Shown here in pieces: positions 1 through 12,701 of a stretch of DNA of 64,000 nt. The DNA lies in contig NC_042998.1 of assembly GCF_006345805.1 (NCBI RefSeq), positions 42,036,001 to 42,100,000 of the forward strand. The letters run 5' to 3'. A program made the translations under genes and the position numbers. The notes below the pieces were generated by a model that made no database searches, was not told the origin of the DNA, and saw only the letters and a program-made list of their open reading frames with translations. The first letter of the stretch is position 1, and each line of letters starts with the position of its first letter. Origin of the DNA: Octopus sinensis (taxonomy: Eukaryota).

Positions 1-235
1 TGTTCTGTGTACAAAGCACCTGTGCTGGTTCCATGTAAGAAGCACCCATACTGGTGCCACATAAAAAGCACCCAGTACATTCTATAAAGTGGTTGGGATT
101 AGGAAGGGCATCCAGCTGTAGAAACAATGCCAAAATGGACAACTGGAGCCTGGTGCAGCTTCCCATCTTTTCAGCTCCTGTCAAAGCAACCAACCTGTGC
201 CAGCATGGAAAAACGGATGTTAAATGATGATGATA
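1..235 (+). mobile_element. 3' part of an RTE-tailed SINE/non-autonomous retroelement (family recurring throughout the window)
   Basis: Contains ttaggaagggcatccagctgtagaaac and ends ccagcatggaaaaacggatgttaaatgatgatgat. The same motifs recur at about 11.9, 33.8, 36.0, 43.9, 47.7 and 59.5 kb. Confidence 0.7.
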
Positions 236-240
236 ATAAT

Positions 241-412
241 GATTGTTTTGAATTAATCATCCATTATCTTGTAGCTTTGAGCTTTTATTGAACTATTTAT
301 TTTTAGAATGACATTGTAGGGTAGGTACAGGAAGCCAGATATGGTCCATTTGAAAGTTAAACAAGTAGAATATTTGGGCTCGGTATGGCTGGTTTAAATG
401 CTAAAGGCTTAA
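241..412. mobile_element. Partial MITE, possibly piggyBac-type (ends ...ctaaaggcttaa)
   Basis: Homologous to 49487-49696 (same orientation) and 10733-10920 (opposite). The end resembles AAAGGG-TTAA. Confidence 0.4.
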
Positions 413-1491
413 AATATTGCATTCTTGAAATATTGTTGTACAGAATCCTACATTTTTTGATTTCTTGTAGAGCTAGCATACTGTTTTTCAACTCCCTGAT
501 ATGAGAATATCTAATTGTAGGAAGACTTTCACTATAAATTTTTATCATAGGCAAACATCATATAAATTAGAAAATAGTTGAATATATAACAATAGTGGTA
601 ATCTGCCCCCCCCCCAAAAAAAAACAACAACAACAACAACAACAAAACCCCTAATGTTAATGTCAGATACATAAGGCTATTTGGAGATTTAGCTAAGTAA
701 ATCTGCTACAGAGTCAGTGAAGGTATTCTGAGGACTACTACTGCAGGAAGATGTATCAGCAGGGATTATAATTACCAAATAATAATACAAAAAGCAAGCT
801 GGAATCTTTTAAACAGCTATGATTATAAAAGAATATTTTTTTTATTATAGAAAGTTAAAAGGCAACAGGGATGAAACACAAATGAATCCTAGATCAATTT
901 TTAATTAAACTGAAAATAATCAAATATCATTAAGTTAAAAACAAAGTTTTAATATATTCTACATCACAAATACAGATATAATTCTTGGGAAATGTCTATG
1001 TATGAATATATGTATATGTGTGGCGGGGTCAGTGTGGTGGATGTATGAACTTATTTATAATTATATGTGTGTATATGGATATTGTAGCCTTCTTTTTTGA
1101 AATTAAATAATCCAGATTGTGCCTGTTAACTACTTATATTTTTTACACATGGTAGTTTTACTGGAAGCTGTATATTACTGCAGTAGAGACAAAGAATGAA
1201 AGCAAGTTGCTGCTCAGGGGGAGATAATCGTTTCTAAGCCTATCCTTCTTTTGTCTTCTATGGAGAAATTTTCTTTTTTTTTCAGAGTGAAAAGAGTGAG
1301 AAGAGCATACATCTTATTTCATATAATTTTTTTATTATTATTCTTTATTATTATTATAGTAGCCCTGTATGATATCGTTTCATCCTGTTTTGGAATGTTC
1401 AGCATGACATAACTTGAGATTTTCAAATTATATTTTACTTCTTTTTTGTATTTGGTTTGCAAGATTCTTTATGTGTATTTGTGTGTTGAAA

Positions 1492-1694
1492 CAAATTTTG
1501 TTGTGTCCGGGGAGAGAGCCAAACTGCCTTAATAACTAACACACTCACCAGTTCAATTTCCACTCTTATATTTTTTATTTTGTGTCTTCCAAAATTTTGG
1601 AAGACATAAGAAAAATAAGTAAATTAGTGGAAATTGAACTGGTGAGTGTGTTCGTTATTAAGGCAGTATGACTCTCCCCAGACACAACAAAATC
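1492..1694. repeat. Near-perfect ~200-bp palindrome/foldback
   Basis: 1523-1564 vs 1626-1667 are 41/42 reverse-complementary. The centre 1583-1606 (tgtcttccaaaattttggaagaca) is a perfect 24-bp palindrome. Outer arms extend imperfectly to about 1492 and 1694. Confidence 0.9.
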
Positions 1695-1771
1695 ATTTTT
1701 TGTTTCCTCTCTAAAATATTGTGTCTGGAGAGTTTATCTCAAACTGGTAATTCTCTTGGTAATATAACCAG

Positions 1772-1816
1772 ACCAGAGATGTCTGAACCAGAGATGTCTG
1801 GACCAGAGATGTCCAG
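1772..1816. repeat. 15-bp tandem repeat x3 (accagagatgtctg[a/g])
   Basis: Copies start at 1772, 1787 and 1802. Confidence 0.85.
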
Positions 1817-1919
1817 GTTGAAAGTAATATGCAATAAGTTGTTTAACTGATCTTTGTTGATGCTTGAATAATAATAATAGTAATAATAATAATAATAATA
1901 ATGATAATAATAATAATAA

Positions 1920-2125
1920 TCCTTTCTACTATAGGCACAAGGCCTGGAATTTGTGGGGAGTGGGATAGTTAATTACATCGACCCCAGTACTTGACTGGTG
2001 CTCAATTTATTGACCCCGAAAGGATGAAAGGCAAAGTTGACATCAGCGGAATTTGAAATCAGTGTAAGGATGAATGAAATGCTGCTAAGCATTCTGCCTG
2101 GCATGGTAATGATTCTGCCAGCTCA
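1920..2125 (-). mobile_element. tRNA-derived SINE with Deu/Nin-like central domain
   Basis: Reverse strand reads ...gtcaactttgcctttcatcctttcggggtcaataaattgagcaccagtcaagtactggggtcgatgtaatt.... Homologous to 39370-39757. Confidence 0.65.
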
Positions 2126-2136
2126 CTACCTTAATG

Positions 2137-2185
<49 letters not shown>

Positions 2186-3050
2186 GCAACTGAAAACAAA
2201 TGAAACTGAAAATAGGTGGGTAAAGAAAAGAATACATGATTAATTTCATAGGGATGTTGAAAACAGACAGAGAAAAAAGATGGCTGTGGATGACTAAAAG
2301 GGATTTAAAACCAGAAACGGAAGTTCTAATCTGTGCTGCCCAAGAGCAAGCACTAAGAACAAACTATATAAAATACAGAATAGACAACACAGCAGAAAGT
2401 GATAAGTGCAGAATCTGTGGACAAAACAGTGAAACCCATATGGCATACCAGCCAATGTACGCCACTAGCCCAGAAGGAATATAAGATATGCCATGACAAT
2501 ATAGCCAGGCTTGTCCATTGGACACTCTGCAACAAGCATGGACTTGACAGAGCAAAAAATTGGTACAACCACAAACCTGAAGGCATCATCGAAAATAGAA
2601 ATGCAAAGATCCTATGGAATTTTATGATTCAGTGTGACCATGAGATAGAGAATAGGAAGCCTGACATAGTCTTAATTGAGAAAGAAAACAAACTATGCTG
2701 GATCATTGATATAGCATGCCCAGCTGACAACAAGGTATGCAATAAGGAAAAAAGAAAAGTTGAGAGATTGACAGGTTAGCTTGGGAAGTTAAGTAGTTGT
2801 GGTCAATGAAAAAGGTAGCAGTAGTACCAATAATTGTCAGAGCCCTGGGAACAGTGAACAAATATCTCGAGAACTACATGGAACAAGTAGGGGCTGCAAT
2901 AAGGGTGGAGCACTTACAGAAAACAGCACTGCTTGGAACCACTTGAATTCTCCAGAAGGTGCTTGAAAAATAAGAGGCGTTACCTTAGTTCACTGGTAGT
3001 GAACAGCTGACACTATAGTACATCTCTAGCATTAGAAGCTGTGCAAAGAC
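2186..3050 (+). mobile_element. 5'-truncated R4/Dong-clade non-LTR retrotransposon (CCHC + restriction-like endonuclease C-terminus), frameshifted
   Basis: ORFs 2236-2484 and 2399-2779 encode ICAAQEQALRTN, CRICG..ET..H..S.C, HDNIARLVHW and RKPDIVLIEKENKLCWIIDIACP (PD..D RLE motif). Coding continues to ALLGT..LQKVLEK* (TAA 2971-2973). Flanked both sides by (TAA)n. Confidence 0.85.
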
Positions 3051-3057
3051 AATAATG

Positions 3058-3108
<51 letters not shown>

Positions 3109-3110
<2 letters not shown>

Positions 3111-3290
3111 TGCTTTATTGGGGACAGTGAAGATCTTGAGATTGATACTTGGGTATTAAGTATTGTGGAAAGAGACCTTGTGAGACTTTGACAACAGGTT
3201 TCTGTCTGCTCTTACAGAATCAACTGGAGCAAGTGAAATCAAGAGCTCTGAGAAGTGAAATGGAAATAAAATAATAATAACAATCAATAA
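3109..3290 (+). mobile_element. Second, severely truncated R4/Dong 3' stub
   Basis: Begins directly after the (TAA)n tail with TALLGTVKILRLILGY*, the same C-terminal motif as the preceding element. Ends in an aat repeat. Confidence 0.55.
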
Positions 3291-4904
3291 TAGATTAACA
3301 TCTGTTTTAATTCATATGTGTTGAACAATATGTGCTTTATTTAATTTTGCTTTTTGCTATGTTACTTGGAAGTCTTAATTATATTAGGGGGTGATATTTA
3401 ATTTTCTTAAACCAAGTATTTCATACACTAGAAAACTGTTCACATGTTTGAGAGGCACATACATATCTAAGCGACAACTACATATCTAAGACACACACAC
3501 ATTTCTGAGACACTCATACATATCTAAGATACATACACACAGACATTCTGGAGCACTTCCAAAATAAATGGCTACCTACCTAACTGGCAAACCTTCACTG
3601 ACACCCTCCAATAAAGCTGTCTCTTCTGCTGACTAAATTGGGCTCTGTTCCTCTTAACATGCTAATTGTATACCACCTCCTCTCTACATCACTTTTATTG
3701 TATCTCACCTCCCATGGATTTTTGCAATTCTTTTTCCAAACCCAGAACTCATCTGGATTTCTCTTTTCCTTCAACCTTCAAGAATTTAGACTTGAGTATC
3801 AACCTTATTAACATCACCAAACTGTTCCAACCACTCAGTTTGTTGGGTCTTATAATTTATTCGTTCACAGGAACACCACTGACAACCTTGTCTTCATGTA
3901 GAGTATCAGGAGGTAATTCAGCTTAACAGAGCCTATCCCACTATAAGTTATGCCCACAGGAAAAGCTGAATCCAGATCTTGAAGCTAACAAAACACTCAA
4001 CAATGTTACAGTGCCCATACTACTTACAATACCATTCAGTAACTATTTTAGTTAGGTGGTCTGTTAAGTTTCTTGAATAAAGGTACAAAAGCAGTACCAC
4101 TATCTGAATATTAGTCACCAGCTTCTCAACTGGTTGTCTGGTATCCTATGAATTTGGTCATACTATCATTTCTTAGTGTAGGAAGAGTTAAAAATAATTA
4201 CATGCAATGTTATTCTTTGTCAGACTAAATGAGATAAAAAAAACCAACAAAAATCATGCTCTACATTTCTAACTGTGAAAAAATAACACTTCTCAGGTTT
4301 TAAGTATCAGTATATTTCCTATATAATGTGTTCTGAACCAAGGGAGAGTAATCTTTTTCTGCTTGACAGAAAGCACAACTGTAGCCAAGAATTTGATATT
4401 TTTTTGACTTATGGAAATAACTTATTTTATCAGTTAGAGAACACACTACAATCTTTGGCTTACCAACACACAATAGTTTCTGGCCAATAGATGAGGTGTT
4501 TTCTTTCTCTCTTCCTATTCTTTTGCTTCTGCAATGATCTTTGTTCCTCTCATTGAGCTAGCTGCATACCACTTCTACCCAAGCCTATCCTTTACACTTT
4601 TTTAAACCTCTTCTCATCATCCTTGCTTTGTCTCACTATGCAAATTCTGCACCAACCAATCTTAAGCTTAATCTTTCATCCCCAGATTGTCAATTTTCTG
4701 GAATCTCCTCTCCTTGTTTGTCTTGCATGTGTTGACTTACTTAATATTCAAAATGAACATAAACTGTTTATCAGTTTCATTAGTCTTGGGGAGCAGGAAA
4801 AGATCATGAGCACTGCTCCTTCTTCTTGGCTAAGCCAATAAAAAAAAAAAGAAATAAAAATAGCATAGAAATCATAATAGCACAAACAAGTAAGTTCTTA
4901 AGTT

Positions 4905-5290
4905 GATGTGGTTATGTGATAAGAAGCTTGCTTCCCAACTACATGGTTTTGGGTTCAGTCCCATTGCAAGGTACCTTGGTCAAGTGTCTTCTATTATAGC
5001 CTCAGGCTAACCAAAGACTTATGAGTGGATTTGGTAGATGGAAACTGAAAGAAGCATGTCGTATATATATGTCTGTGTGTGTGAGACTGTAATTGTCCTT
5101 CCATCACCACTTGACAACTGGTGCTGGTATGTTTACACCCCCATAGCTTAGCAGTTCAGCCAAAGAGACCAATAAAATAAGTGCTAGGCTTAAGAAATAA
5201 ATCAATTTGTTCAACTGAAAATCCTTCAAAGCAGTGCTCCAGCATGCTGAAATCAAATGGCTGAAACAAACAAACAAACAAAAAAGAAAG
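4905..5290 (+). mobile_element. tRNA-derived SINE with CORE-like segment (octopus OR2-like)
   Basis: Head gtggttatgtgataagaagcttgcttcccaactacatggttttgggttcagtccc, CORE-like caccttggtcaagtgtctt, tail ...gcagtgctccagcatg...aaatggctgaaacaaac. Many copies in the window. Confidence 0.7.
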
Positions 5291-5639
5291 AAAGAAAAAA
5301 TCAAAGAAAAGAGGAAGTTTGTATGTAGTTGTTTGATCTTCAAAATTCAATAAAATCACACCCTGTTGTTTTAAATAAAGAAGGAAATGTTGGACAATGT
5401 GTGGTCTCTTTTATAAGAAGAGAGGACATTTATTGTTGTCCTTTGATCGTGTTATCTGTTTGGTTAGGAATTATCTGGGTAGGGCTAAATAACAACAGCA
5501 ACAGTTTGATTTGAAGTACCTACAAATGAAATATTTGCAACAGTGTCTTAAGTTGAATGATATTGTTAAATAAATTTGTTTTTTTATGGTTTAAAAGAGA
5601 TAGTAACATATTTATAAAACTATGAGTATGTTATTGACA

Positions 5640-6075
5640 CAGTCATGGTTGTGTGGTTAAGAAGCTTGTTTCCTAACCATGTGGCATGTGATCTTAGGTT
5701 CAGTCCCACTTTGAGGCACTTTGGGCAAGTGTCTTGTTATATAGCCCTAGGCTGACCAGGACCTTCTGCATGGATTTGGTAGATGGAAACAGAAAGAGGC
5801 CCACCACATATATATCGTGTTTGTGTCTCTGTGTCTCTGTGCATGTTTATGTCCAGACATCATGTGATGGTTGTAAACGAGCATCATTGTCGTACAAGTG
5901 AGGTTATTGTAGTCCTTTTCTGAAAAACAAGTCTAGCTATGGGAAAATATTACCTTGCTTGGAAACAGGTGAGAGTTGGTGATAGGGAGGACATCTGGGT
6001 GTAGAAAACCTGCCTCAACAAATTCTATCTTATCCATGCAAGCTGGGAAAATGGATGTTAAAGGATGATGATGTG
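5640..6075 (+). mobile_element. CORE-like SINE head joined to RTE-type tail
   Basis: Same head as 4905, but ends ccatgcaagctgggaaaatggatgttaaaggatgatgatg. Homologous to 22360-22960. Confidence 0.6.
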
Positions 6076-6429
6076 TGTATATGCCTATATGTTGTTAGTG
6101 ATGCAATCCACTTGTAACAATTTCAACGTACAAAAACTATTGAAGTAAAATGTAACACCTTTCTTGCATTACCAATGTTTTAGTTTGTGTACTTGGAATG
6201 ATTTAGTATACACTAAGAATAATATACAAGCTAAAACAATGTAGTAAGATCCATAGAAGCACTAAACCACTAATCCCAACCATTTAACACCCCAAAATAA
6301 TGTTATGCTATTTTAGGTCCTTAGTATATAAAGAAATTTCATCTTACGCATAATAGGTATATAGCTATTAGTTGTTCACTCTTAACTCCTATAAAATAAA
6401 ATCAAGACAGAAATGGTTACAGCTTACAT

Positions 6430-6756
6430 TAGGGGTTCTCAACGATTTTTCTTATGGCCCCCTTTGATTGCTATTTTATTCTGGTGGACCTCCATCGCCA
6501 TTCAATGTTTAAAAACTAGTTTTATAGAATGCTATTTATTAATGTTTTCACACATTAATTAGTGTAGGTTGAACTATATAAAATGTTAGGGAAAGAAACC
6601 TAGCTTTTTCTTGCAATACCTACATTTAAAGCAAAATTTTTTCAGGGGCCCTTAAAATACTATCATGGATCTCTAATTTATTATTTTGTTGTGTGGACTC
6701 CCAAAAATCTTACATGGACACTCAGGGGCAATATGGACCTCAGTTGAGAACCACTG
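6430..6756. mobile_element. hAT (Charlie-like) MITE, 327 bp
   Basis: TIRs taggggttctcaac (6430-6443) and gttgagaaccactg (6743-6756). 8-bp TSD gcttacat/gcctacat (7/8 match, central TA). Confidence 0.75.
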
Positions 6757-7217
6757 GCCTACATAAAGCAGACTCAATTTATTAATACAAAAGACACTGA
6801 TAGATCTGTTAGAGTTTATATGGTGGTGCATGTCTGAAAGAAATCTAGAGCTGACTTTTCTTTACACTACTCACGAAACTTCCCAGTAGTCATTGAAGTT
6901 TTTCTTTCTATCTCTTCAGAGTTAGTCACAAGACAAATATAATTATAACATACACTGTCCCTCCAAAGGAAGGACTGACTATGTTACAGTTAATTGATTT
7001 TTTTTTACTATCCTAACACACATAGGTCATTGAAGTAAAATGTAGTCTCTTCTTTGTTGCTTTCTTAATACTTTAATTTGCTTATTATTAATGTATACTA
7101 TCTAATTAACTTTATCACTTTTGTCAAACATTATTAAATTAATATTATTACTATTATGATTAATTTAATTTTAATATATGATTTTCATATTTGGTACTAC
7201 AAGATGCTGTCTAGCTG

Positions 7218-7284
7218 GATAGATAGGTATGTAGACAGATAGATAGATAGGTAGATAGATAGAGAGAGAGAGAGATTGATAAAT

Positions 7285-7315
<31 letters not shown>

Positions 7316-7325
7316 TTGATTGATT

Positions 7326-7378
<53 letters not shown>
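7218..7378. repeat. (GATA)n/(GA)n compound microsatellite
   Basis: Read directly. Explains the artefactual LSIY-repeat ORF. Confidence 0.95.
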
Positions 7379-8319
7379 TCAACAAAGTAGGTTAATTAGA
7401 TGCAGATATTCTTCAGCTATTTTATTATCCAGCAGTGAATGACTCTACCTGTCAGTGTCTTATTTCTTAATTTTATTTGATCTAATAATGTAAGATTTAT
7501 TTATTTATTTTTCATTTTGTAACTTGGTACCAAACATACTGGCTGAAGCTCCCTTTCACTCTAGCTTACAAAATATTCTGTTTTAGATCTATTTACATCA
7601 TTTATCAATGGTACAATTGATTTTTCTTTCTCATCTTGTCACAGATGTTGTTTTGTTTGGTTTATCTATTGATTTAAAATTTTTTTTTATTTTGTGCCAC
7701 TTTCAGCAGAAGTTCCTCTTAGCTAAATTGCTTATATATTTTACACTAGCAGTAGTACCCAGTGTTGCCTGGCTTTATAAAAAGTATCATTAAAATTACA
7801 TAGCCTATGACCTACCTTTGAATTTGCAGCTCTATGCTAAATTTCAGGTAGCTAGGTACAAAATTGTGATCTAGAACTTGGAACTGAGAATATTTTAAGT
7901 AAATTCCTTGAAAAGATGCTGACTATCTGAAGTTTGTTAAAAAGTGTTGATCTATATGCATTTTCAGAAGATGGTTTAAATCAAACTTCAGTGAAGCGTA
8001 CAAAAATAAATGAATAAATATATAATATAAAAGAATATTTTACTTCAAAGTTTTTAAGAATTTTCTTTGTTAGCATTTTTTTTTACTCTGCTAATACTGG
8101 CATAGTTTTGATAATTACCACAAATGAATGTTTTTTTTTTAAAAAATCAGTTTTTCCAGTGCCTATTACAATTCTTATGTGTACGCCATATTCTTAGGTT
8201 TTTTTCAACAATATAGAATGTAACAGGAAAAAAATACAAACATAAATATAGATATATATGTGTGTGTATTTGCGTATATATTCATATACATGCATGCATA
8301 CATACATAGACACACACAT

Positions 8320-8390
<71 letters not shown>

Positions 8391-8437
8391 TACTCACATA
8401 CATACCCATATGCTTACATATGCATGCATATGTATGT

Positions 8438-8880
8438 ACTTGGCATTGCCTTGGGTAAAGAGTCAAAGAATAAATGCTGTACTTAATATACACTAAAAGA
8501 TAAATTACATTATATTCAAGCTTCTTTCCAAACAATATTTGACTTTTTTTTTCCTGTGGAGTATATACATACAAGTCTTTTTGCATCATAATTCATGACC
8601 CAGTAATAAAAAATTGATTATACAAGTACAGTAGCTCCAATTGTAATTCAGTTGTCTTTAATATTTGCCCCTAGAATTTGTTGATGGTTATAGTAAAACA
8701 TACACTGACTGCAACTTTTTAGATTCAAATGGGATGTTACTGGGAATGATTGAAATTCCTGAGACAAACACATCCTCAGCAGCAGCTCAATGTATTAGTA
8801 TTGCTGTTTTGATCAGGTGTCATATTAGTTGTTTTACCACCAACATTGTGCCATTGCACATATGTGGAACATCTGAGTTT
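8438..8880 (-). mobile_element. Decayed Helitron: Pif1-like helicase C-terminus plus 3' hairpin
   Basis: Minus strand translates MCNGTMLVVKQLI*HLIKTAIL...AEDVFVSGISIIPSNIPFESKKLQ...INKF*GQ...KDLYVYTPQEK-SNIVWKEA* (stop 8516-8518). This matches the RepHel LCNGTRL...IPRIPLIPS.LPF.FKRLQFPV...TINKSQGQ...KTKNIVY motifs. Decayed hairpin acccaaggcaatgccaagt at 8438-8456. Confidence 0.75.
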
Positions 8881-10732
8881 TGAAGAAAAATAATTAAGCA
8901 TCCTTTCTTTAGTGTGATCCTGTGTTGTGTCACATTATATACTCATATTCAAAGTAGGCTGTTTAAAAATTTTGTTTAAAAACTTGCTATTATCAACCAT
9001 AGATGATATGTCCCCATTTTGACCAAGTCCAGCAACCTCTTCTCTAATTCCAAAAGTCATATAGCAAATTTGTCTGCAATCTTTTCTAGGTCTTGTACCT
9101 GTCCAGTACTGGGACTGATTTAATCAAATATACTCTTCCCTCAAATTTGAGGGCTGGTGCTTATATTAAACATCAATATTTTTGCCATATTTTCTGACAT
9201 ACAAGTATACAACAAAATGAAAATATATAATGTAAACATTCAAACATCATCACTATCTTTCCAAATCTTGATGCATTTCACATGGAATTTTTGATCTTCC
9301 AAAGTTGTCTTGATGCATAAGTCAATTTACCTTTTTTGGTTGTAAATTTTTGTTTTGAAAAATTCAACTTGTATGCTGGAAAATACAATATTCTCTTTAT
9401 CAATGGTCCTCAACTGGTCTATGCATGCAAAATAGTAAATTTGGGATCTACAGTATTATTTTAAGGGTCCATGAAAAATTTTTGCTTTAGACGTATCTAT
9501 TGCAAGAAGCAGGTTAGTATGTATCTTTTACGAAAAGAAAGCAACTATTGAAGTCTACACTGTCTAGAAAATTCTTAAAAATTCTAATTCTAATATATTT
9601 TTATCAAAATGTAGTTTCTAAATTTCATTTATTATTGAAAATTTCAACTATTGAAAATAAATCCTTGTTAGTGCTTTTTAAGTGTGTGTTGGTTTTCTTT
9701 TCTATTTTTCCTTCTTTCTTATACACATTATGATGCTACTTTCTTCTGGCATATCAGTAAAAGCATTTCTCTAAATTATATGTTTAATCCATCATCAACC
9801 AAATTATGTTGATTCTGGTAGCCTTTCATATCTGTCATGTGTTTTTGTGGAAGAAAACTAGTTTTAATTTACATCAGTTTTACCAGATATAAACTTGTCT
9901 TTGTAATGTTGCTAAAATACATATCACTAGGTAAAAGTCAAAGTCTGTCTTGAACTTATTGGCCCATTAGGGTGGAACTTATCTTAGTTTCCATGGTGCT
10001 TAAATGAATGAGTGTAGTATACTTTCTATTGAACAATAAGTTGTTATCTTGTGGGGTTAACTCTCCCAACCCAAGATGTCACTGGTACTCATTTCAATGA
10101 GTTGACTGAATTATGTAAAATGAAGTGTCTTGCTCAAAAACACAACATATTACCCAAGCCAAGAATGGAACTCTATCTAGTGATAATGAGCTCAATACCT
10201 AAAGCACTACATGTGCTTTCACATAAGTACTAGTAATATATTCAAATCAATTCAGTTGACTCTTTAAAATTGTCCTTTTGCTTACAGGAAACAAATCAAT
10301 ACAATTAAATATTTAGTCTTCTCACTATTGCTCAAATTTTGTGCTCAAGAGAGTTAGTTGTACATGCCAGAGCTTATATAAAACCCATTTTTAGTTTTAG
10401 TTTTGTTATAAAGTGTATGTGTGTGTATGTGTGTGAACTTGCATGTATGTGTGTTAAAATGATAATATATGTCAAGTCTGAAAAAAAAAGGTTCCGGTGG
10501 AACAGTACTTTTAGTGTGGAACCATATAATGAATGGAATGCAAATTGCTCTCTGAACCTTATCCAAAGGACAGTCCCATATAGCCAAGCTCTTCTCTGAA
10601 GTTGTTTATTGCAAGTTGAAGCCATTCTTCTTTATCAACTCAAATTGCAGCATTCTTTCTATTTGGACAATCACAATCACAGGATCTAAGAAAAATAATC
10701 TTAACATATCCAAAAACATCAATGATGATACC

Positions 10733-10920
10733 TTAACCTTTTAGTATTTAAATCTGACATATTTGATCCGAATATTCTACTTGTTTTATGTTAAAACTAG
10801 CCAGGTCTGTCCTCTCACACCTATCCTACAATGTGATTCTAAAAATAAACAATCATCATTGGGATTTTAAAACTATGAAATAATGCATGATTAATTCAAA
10901 ACAATGTGGATAACTAAGCA
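10733..10920. mobile_element. Inverted copy of the piggyBac-like MITE
   Basis: Reverse complement of 241-412 and 49487-49696; starts ttaacctttta. Confidence 0.4.
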
Positions 10921-11709
10921 CTGGGCAGTGTGTTTTGTTCTTGAGCAAAGCACTACATCTTGCATGGCTCTGTGATTACTTCCACCTCTGACGTGCATAG
11001 AGGATTTTGATTTGATGGAGGGAGTGAGCTTATGTACAGTACAAACATTTGATCACCTGTAAATAAATCACCTGTGCAGGTTGTTCAGCAAGAAATTGCA
11101 GAACTGTTTTTGCTGGACTCATGAAAGTACCATGATAGGATACATCTGACATTGTAATCTGAGTGCCATAGCAATTTAAATGCTTAATATAGCCATAGTC
11201 TTCTGGATGGAATCAGTGAAAGATTAAAAACATTATGATTAGCAAGTTATATTGCATAGAATATGGAAAATATAAAAAAGAAAGAGTCTGATGAGAAAAC
11301 AGAAATAAATACAATAAATACAGAAAAAAATGTATAGAAACATTGTAATTCCAAATACTTCATAAAAAAGAAATATAACAAGGAAATGAGTAAGATCATG
11401 TTTGACTTGATGCAAGTTCAATCTTTATAATGTAGAAGCATATTTCTTCAAATCAATCTTAGTTATATTCTTAGAATACTGAAGAATGAAAATCGAAGAC
11501 AACCTTGGCATGTTTTGAACTTATCAAAGTATCAAATTATCATAGGTGCAAGCATGGTGGTTAAGAAGCTTATGGAGCATCCATGTGGTTTCAGGTTCAC
11601 TTCTACTGCATGGCACATTGGGCAAATACCTGTGACTATAACCCCAGAGTGACTAATGCCTTATGAGTGAATATGATTGATAAAAATAGTGTAGAAGCTT
11701 GTTTTATAT

Positions 11710-11749
<40 letters not shown>

Positions 11750-11756
<7 letters not shown>

Positions 11757-11998
11757 CTGGTTTCTGTGTTGGTAGCACGTAAAAAGCACCAACCGATTGT
11801 GACTGCTGCCAGCCTCCTCTGGCATGTAAAAAGCACCCACTGCACTCTTGGAGTGATTAGTGTTAGGAAGGGCATCCAGCTGTAGAAACACTGCCAGATC
11901 AGACTGGAGCTTGGTGTAGCCTCCTGGCTTGCCAGACCCCGGTCGAACCATCCAACCCATGCTAGCATGGAAAACGGACGTTAAACGATGATGATGAT
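11750..11998 (+). mobile_element. RTE-tailed SINE
   Basis: gtgttaggaagggcatccagctgtagaaac ... cccatgctagcatggaaaacggacgttaaacgatgatgatgat. Confidence 0.7.
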
Positions 11999-12329
11999 AT
12001 GTATATGTATATATGTGTGTGTGTTGATGCAAACAGAAAAACAGAATTCAAAATATGAGTATATGTATATTTTCATTAATATTTAGTAGAATAACTGGAG
12101 GTCTGAGAGCTTCGTGTGTTGGAACTTATGAAACTAGTTTGATAAGTGTCAATACATGAAACTCTCAGACCTTGAGTCACTCTGTTACTTCTGCTAAATA
12201 TCAATAAAAAAGAATGTGTGTGTGTGTGTGCACACATGTGCATGCCTGTCTCTGTGTGTGTGTGTGTGTATGTGTGTGTGTGTGTGTGTGGTGTGTGTGT
12301 GTGTGTGTGTTTGTATATATACAGCTGAA

Positions 12330-12701
12330 GTTGTCTGTCTGTGGCAGGTTTGGTAGACTTCAACTAACACTAACTCCTCCGAGACCCTGCGGTGCAAGTT
12401 GACCATAATTGAGAGTATGATAGAAGAAGGCTTGCTCTTCATTCCGCAGAAGATAAAATTCAAATCGGACCATGTTAAGACCAAAAATTCACATCAAAAA
12501 GGTGCTTTTTTTTCTATGAAAATCCCTATTTTTACGATTTTTTTACTGCTGTGTCGCCATTTTTCGGTGTATTTCAACCAGAAAAATGTTCACTTAAAGA
12601 GAATAACAAGCTACATAATGCCAAATTTTTACTTTTCAAAAATTCCAATTCTAAAGTAAAGGGTCGAAACAAACCTGAGCAACGCCGGGTGATACTGCTA
12701 G
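12330..12701 (+). mobile_element. Non-autonomous Helitron, 3' portion
   Basis: Ends with imperfect hairpin acctga-gcaacg-ccgggt (12673-12690), then a 7-nt spacer and CTAG (12698-12701) followed by T: the canonical Helitron 3' end. The 5' boundary is not determined. Confidence 0.55.

Noticed and set aside
3540-3930. ORF 3666-3926 or an old CR1/Jockey-like 3' end
   Set aside because: Only faint resemblance to LINE C-terminal motifs; not a credible host exon and not confidently classifiable.
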